Origin: a virus
Lineage: Duplodnaviria; Caudoviricetes
Virus record (IMG/VR): IMGVR_UViG_3300042289_001106
Coordinates: 1 to 28,372 of that record
Direction: 5' to 3' (one strand)
DNA length: 28,372 bases
Shown here: in pieces, positions 27,234 through 28,372 of the stretch
Layout: each line of letters starts with the position of its first letter
Numbering within the stretch: the stretch's first letter is position 1
Notes under the pieces: generated by a model
Told to the model about the DNA's origin: nothing
The model's input: the letters and a program-made list of their open reading frames with translations, nothing else
The model's database searches: none
Made by a program: the position numbers and the translations under genes

Positions 27234-27304
27234 TGAACTGAGAGTATTGTAGAGCAGTTTAGGGTCAGTGCTCAGGACCCGTATGCCAGTTGATCAATCG
27301 GCAT
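27234..27304 (-). promoter_or_regulatory. Early cassette promoter (palindrome, hairpin, TACAAT, leader)
   Basis: Minus strand ATGCCG-N10-TGGCAT, GGGTC..GACCC hairpin, TACAAT-ACTCTCAGTTCA. Confidence 0.8.
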
Positions 27305-27470
27305 AGAGGGAGATGAAGTCCTCCACGAACTCCCGTGCCTCATCGCCACTCATGCGGGAGATCATCTCACGGGCGACGGTCTCCCAGGAGAAGTCGTCTG
27401 CCAGGTCAAAGATGGCGCACCGTGCCTGAGAGGCGCTGAGGTTGGCGGCGGTGATCTGAGCGTAGGTCAT
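27294..27470 (-). CDS. Small acidic early protein (58 aa)
   Basis: Not in ORF track: MTYAQITAANLSASQARCAIFDLADDFSWETVAREMISRMSGDEAREFVEDFISLYAD*; ATG 10 nt after the leader, AAGGA SD. Confidence 0.8.
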   Translation of the reverse strand: MTYAQITAANLSASQARCAIFDLADDFSWETVAREMISRMSGDEAREFVEDFISLYAD

Positions 27471-27480
27471 GGGGTTCCTT

Positions 27481-27552
27481 TGAACTGAGAGTATTGTAAG
27501 GGGTCGGGGTGGGGTCTGAAGGGGTGGGTTGTGCCACCCCTTTGATTGTCAC
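27481..27552 (-). promoter_or_regulatory. Early cassette promoter (palindrome, C-rich spacer, TACAAT, leader)
   Basis: Minus strand GTGACA-N10-TGGCAC ... gacccct-TACAAT-ACTCTCAGTTCA. Confidence 0.85.
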
Positions 27553-27734
27553 TCCATCCCCATCGCTTCCTTCAGGGCATTGTATGCCGCCAACCAGTGG
27601 GCGGCATCATCATGGTTGCCCTTGGTGCTCTCATCACAGGCGATGCACAGGAGCGCGGTGCGGATGGTGCCCCACTTGCCTTCGGGCAGGGTGACGGTCG
27701 TCAGGGTCTCAGGGTTCCAGGGGGCAGCGGTCAT
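27549..27734 (-). CDS. Small early protein (61 aa)
   Basis: MTAAPWNPETLTTVTLPEGKWGTIRTALLCIACDE...; ATG 11 nt after the leader. Confidence 0.8.
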   Translation of the reverse strand: MTAAPWNPETLTTVTLPEGKWGTIRTALLCIACDESTKGNHDDAAHWLAAYNALKEAMGME

Positions 27735-27745
27735 GGGAGGTCGTC

Positions 27746-27815
27746 TGAACTGAAAGTATTGTAAGGGGTCTGGGGGTCAGAATGCCACCAGCTGGTCCAG
27801 ATCCCATTGTGGCAC
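27746..27815 (-). promoter_or_regulatory. Early cassette promoter overlapping the upstream CDS end
   Basis: Minus strand GTGCCA-N10-TGGACC ... gacccct-TACAAT-ACTTTCAGTTCA. Confidence 0.8.
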
Positions 27816-28028
27816 ACTGGCGACCCCATCGATCACGTAGGCGCCCTGATTCTTCCGCAACCAGGCGTTGATGTGCTTGGTGGTGGTGGCGCTCCACTGG
27901 TAGGCGGTGCGGATCCACCCTTTGCCAGGCACGATCGCGGCGACGGGTTGATCATAGGAGAACAGGATGCAGGTCCCGTCTGCCAGGGTCACCTCAGTTT
28001 GGTTGCTGCCGACTTGCTGGACTTTCAT
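27777..28028 (-). CDS. Phage early protein (83 aa), LFSY..PVAA / WS.TTTKHIN motifs
   Basis: ATG 12 nt after the leader; the motif pattern resembles a recurrent uncharacterised phage family. Confidence 0.8.
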   Translation of the reverse strand: MKVQQVGSNQTEVTLADGTCILFSYDQPVAAIVPGKGWIRTAYQWSATTTKHINAWLRKNQGAYVIDGVASVPQWDLDQLVAF

Positions 28029-28040
28029 GGTGGGGTCGTT

Positions 28041-28112
28041 TGAACTGAGATCAGTATAAGGGGTCAGCGGTGCCCTTTGGGGCAGGGAGTGGACAGTGCC
28101 TCAGGTGTCCTC
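28041..28112 (-). promoter_or_regulatory. Early cassette promoter (TATACT variant)
   Basis: Minus strand GAGGACA-N10-TGTCCAC, TGCCC-caaa-GGGCA hairpin, gacccct-TATACT-GATCTCAGTTCA. Confidence 0.8.
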
Positions 28113-28259
28113 ATCCTCCCCCAGAATGAACCCATCAACCCATCCTGCTGTGTATCCGTCATCTTTGGTGAACAGGCGGATCTTAAGAAGTTTGGCGATT
28201 GCAAAGGGCAAACCGATCACCAGGGCTCCAGGGATGAGAATGGCAAGCAGTTCGGTCAT
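28101..28259 (-). CDS. Small single-pass membrane protein (52 aa)
   Basis: Not in ORF track: MTELLAILIPGALVIGLPFAIAKLLKIRLFTKDDGYTAGWVDGFILGEDEDT*; hydrophobic residues 4-22 followed by basic residues. Confidence 0.75.
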   Translation of the reverse strand: MTELLAILIPGALVIGLPFAIAKLLKIRLFTKDDGYTAGWVDGFILGEDEDT

Positions 28260-28269
28260 GGGGTTCCTT

Positions 28270-28340
28270 TGAACTGAGAGTATTGTAGCGGGTCAGCGGG
28301 CGATCAGGTCGCCTGCAGTGTACAGTGCCTGAGCTGTCAC
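28270..28340 (-). promoter_or_regulatory. Early cassette promoter overlapping the upstream CDS end
   Basis: Minus strand GTGACA-N10-TGTACAC, GGCGA-cctga-TCGCC hairpin, gacccgc-TACAAT-ACTCTCAGTTCA. Confidence 0.85.
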
Positions 28341-28372
28341 AGTGCGGACGGGACGGATCGGTTCCCAGAGCA
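28293..28372 (-). CDS. 3' end of another small early gene (starts outside the window)
   Basis: Frame ...LWEPIRPVRTVTAQALYTAGDLIAR* with GC3-rich codons, TGA at 28295-28293. Confidence 0.5.
   Translation of the reverse strand, partial: LWEPIRPVRTVTAQALYTAGDLIAR

Noticed and set aside
25850-27940. Cyanobacterial HIP1 enrichment indicating host chromosomal DNA
   Set aside because: Only a few CGATCG/GGCGCC cores and no full GCGATCGC were seen; gene content is phage-like, so prophage or host-flank interpretation is unsupported.
25825-28277. Plus-strand and alternative-frame ORFs in the GC-rich region (e.g. 25825-26130, 25886-26080, 25959-26297, 26771-27001, 26853-27092, 27011-27241, 27509-27764, 27709-27918, 27807-28043, 28077-28277)
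   Set aside because: Shadow ORFs of GC-rich minus-strand genes; they run across the promoter motifs and lack their own leaders.
26290-28287. CRISPR array suggested by the recurring TGAACTGAGAG(T/A)ATTGTA repeat
   Set aside because: Spacers are 200-700 bp and each holds complete ORFs; the repeat is short, non-palindromic and sits at a fixed distance from ATGs; no cas genes.
26290-28340. Integron attC cassette array
   Set aside because: No GTTRRRY/RYYYAAC core pairs (GTTCAAA does not fit), no integrase in the window, and cassettes carry their own promoters.
26838-28340. NtcA or CRP binding sites as the identity of the palindrome
   Set aside because: Half-site sequence and the N10 spacer match neither GTA-N8-TAC nor TGTGA-N6-TCACA.

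Overview
The window is part of a T4-like cyanomyovirus genome, and all credible genes lie on the minus strand. Positions 1-25.8 kb are AT-rich (about 30-35% GC by eye). They hold a late baseplate/tail block (gp25, gp6, a 3583-aa gp7-like protein, gp8, a 2397-aa VrlC-like structural protein, small tail proteins) with T4-type TATAAATA late promoters. Upstream of that block is an accessory cluster (GT-A glycosyltransferase-like, small basic protein, ATP-grasp-like, SpeD-like) driven by a near-consensus sigma70 promoter, plus a small AbrB/MazE-like gene missed by the ORF track. At about 25.84 kb the composition jumps abruptly to about 60-65% GC. The remaining 2.5 kb is an array of tiny genes (47-113 aa, all ending in TGA), most of them as single-gene cassettes about 230-300 bp apart. 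Each cassette has its own promoter: an imperfect palindrome GTGNCA-N10-TGNCAC, then a GC hairpin spacer, then a TACAAT -10 box with no -35, then a conserved CTCTCAGTTCA leader and the ATG. The palindrome is often overprinted on the 3' end of the upstream gene, and the two promoters lacking a correctly spaced palindrome instead carry an extended -10 (TGn). The array includes an orphan HicA-like toxin. It looks like an immediate-early host-takeover module. Family assignments come from motif recognition only; no database searches were run.
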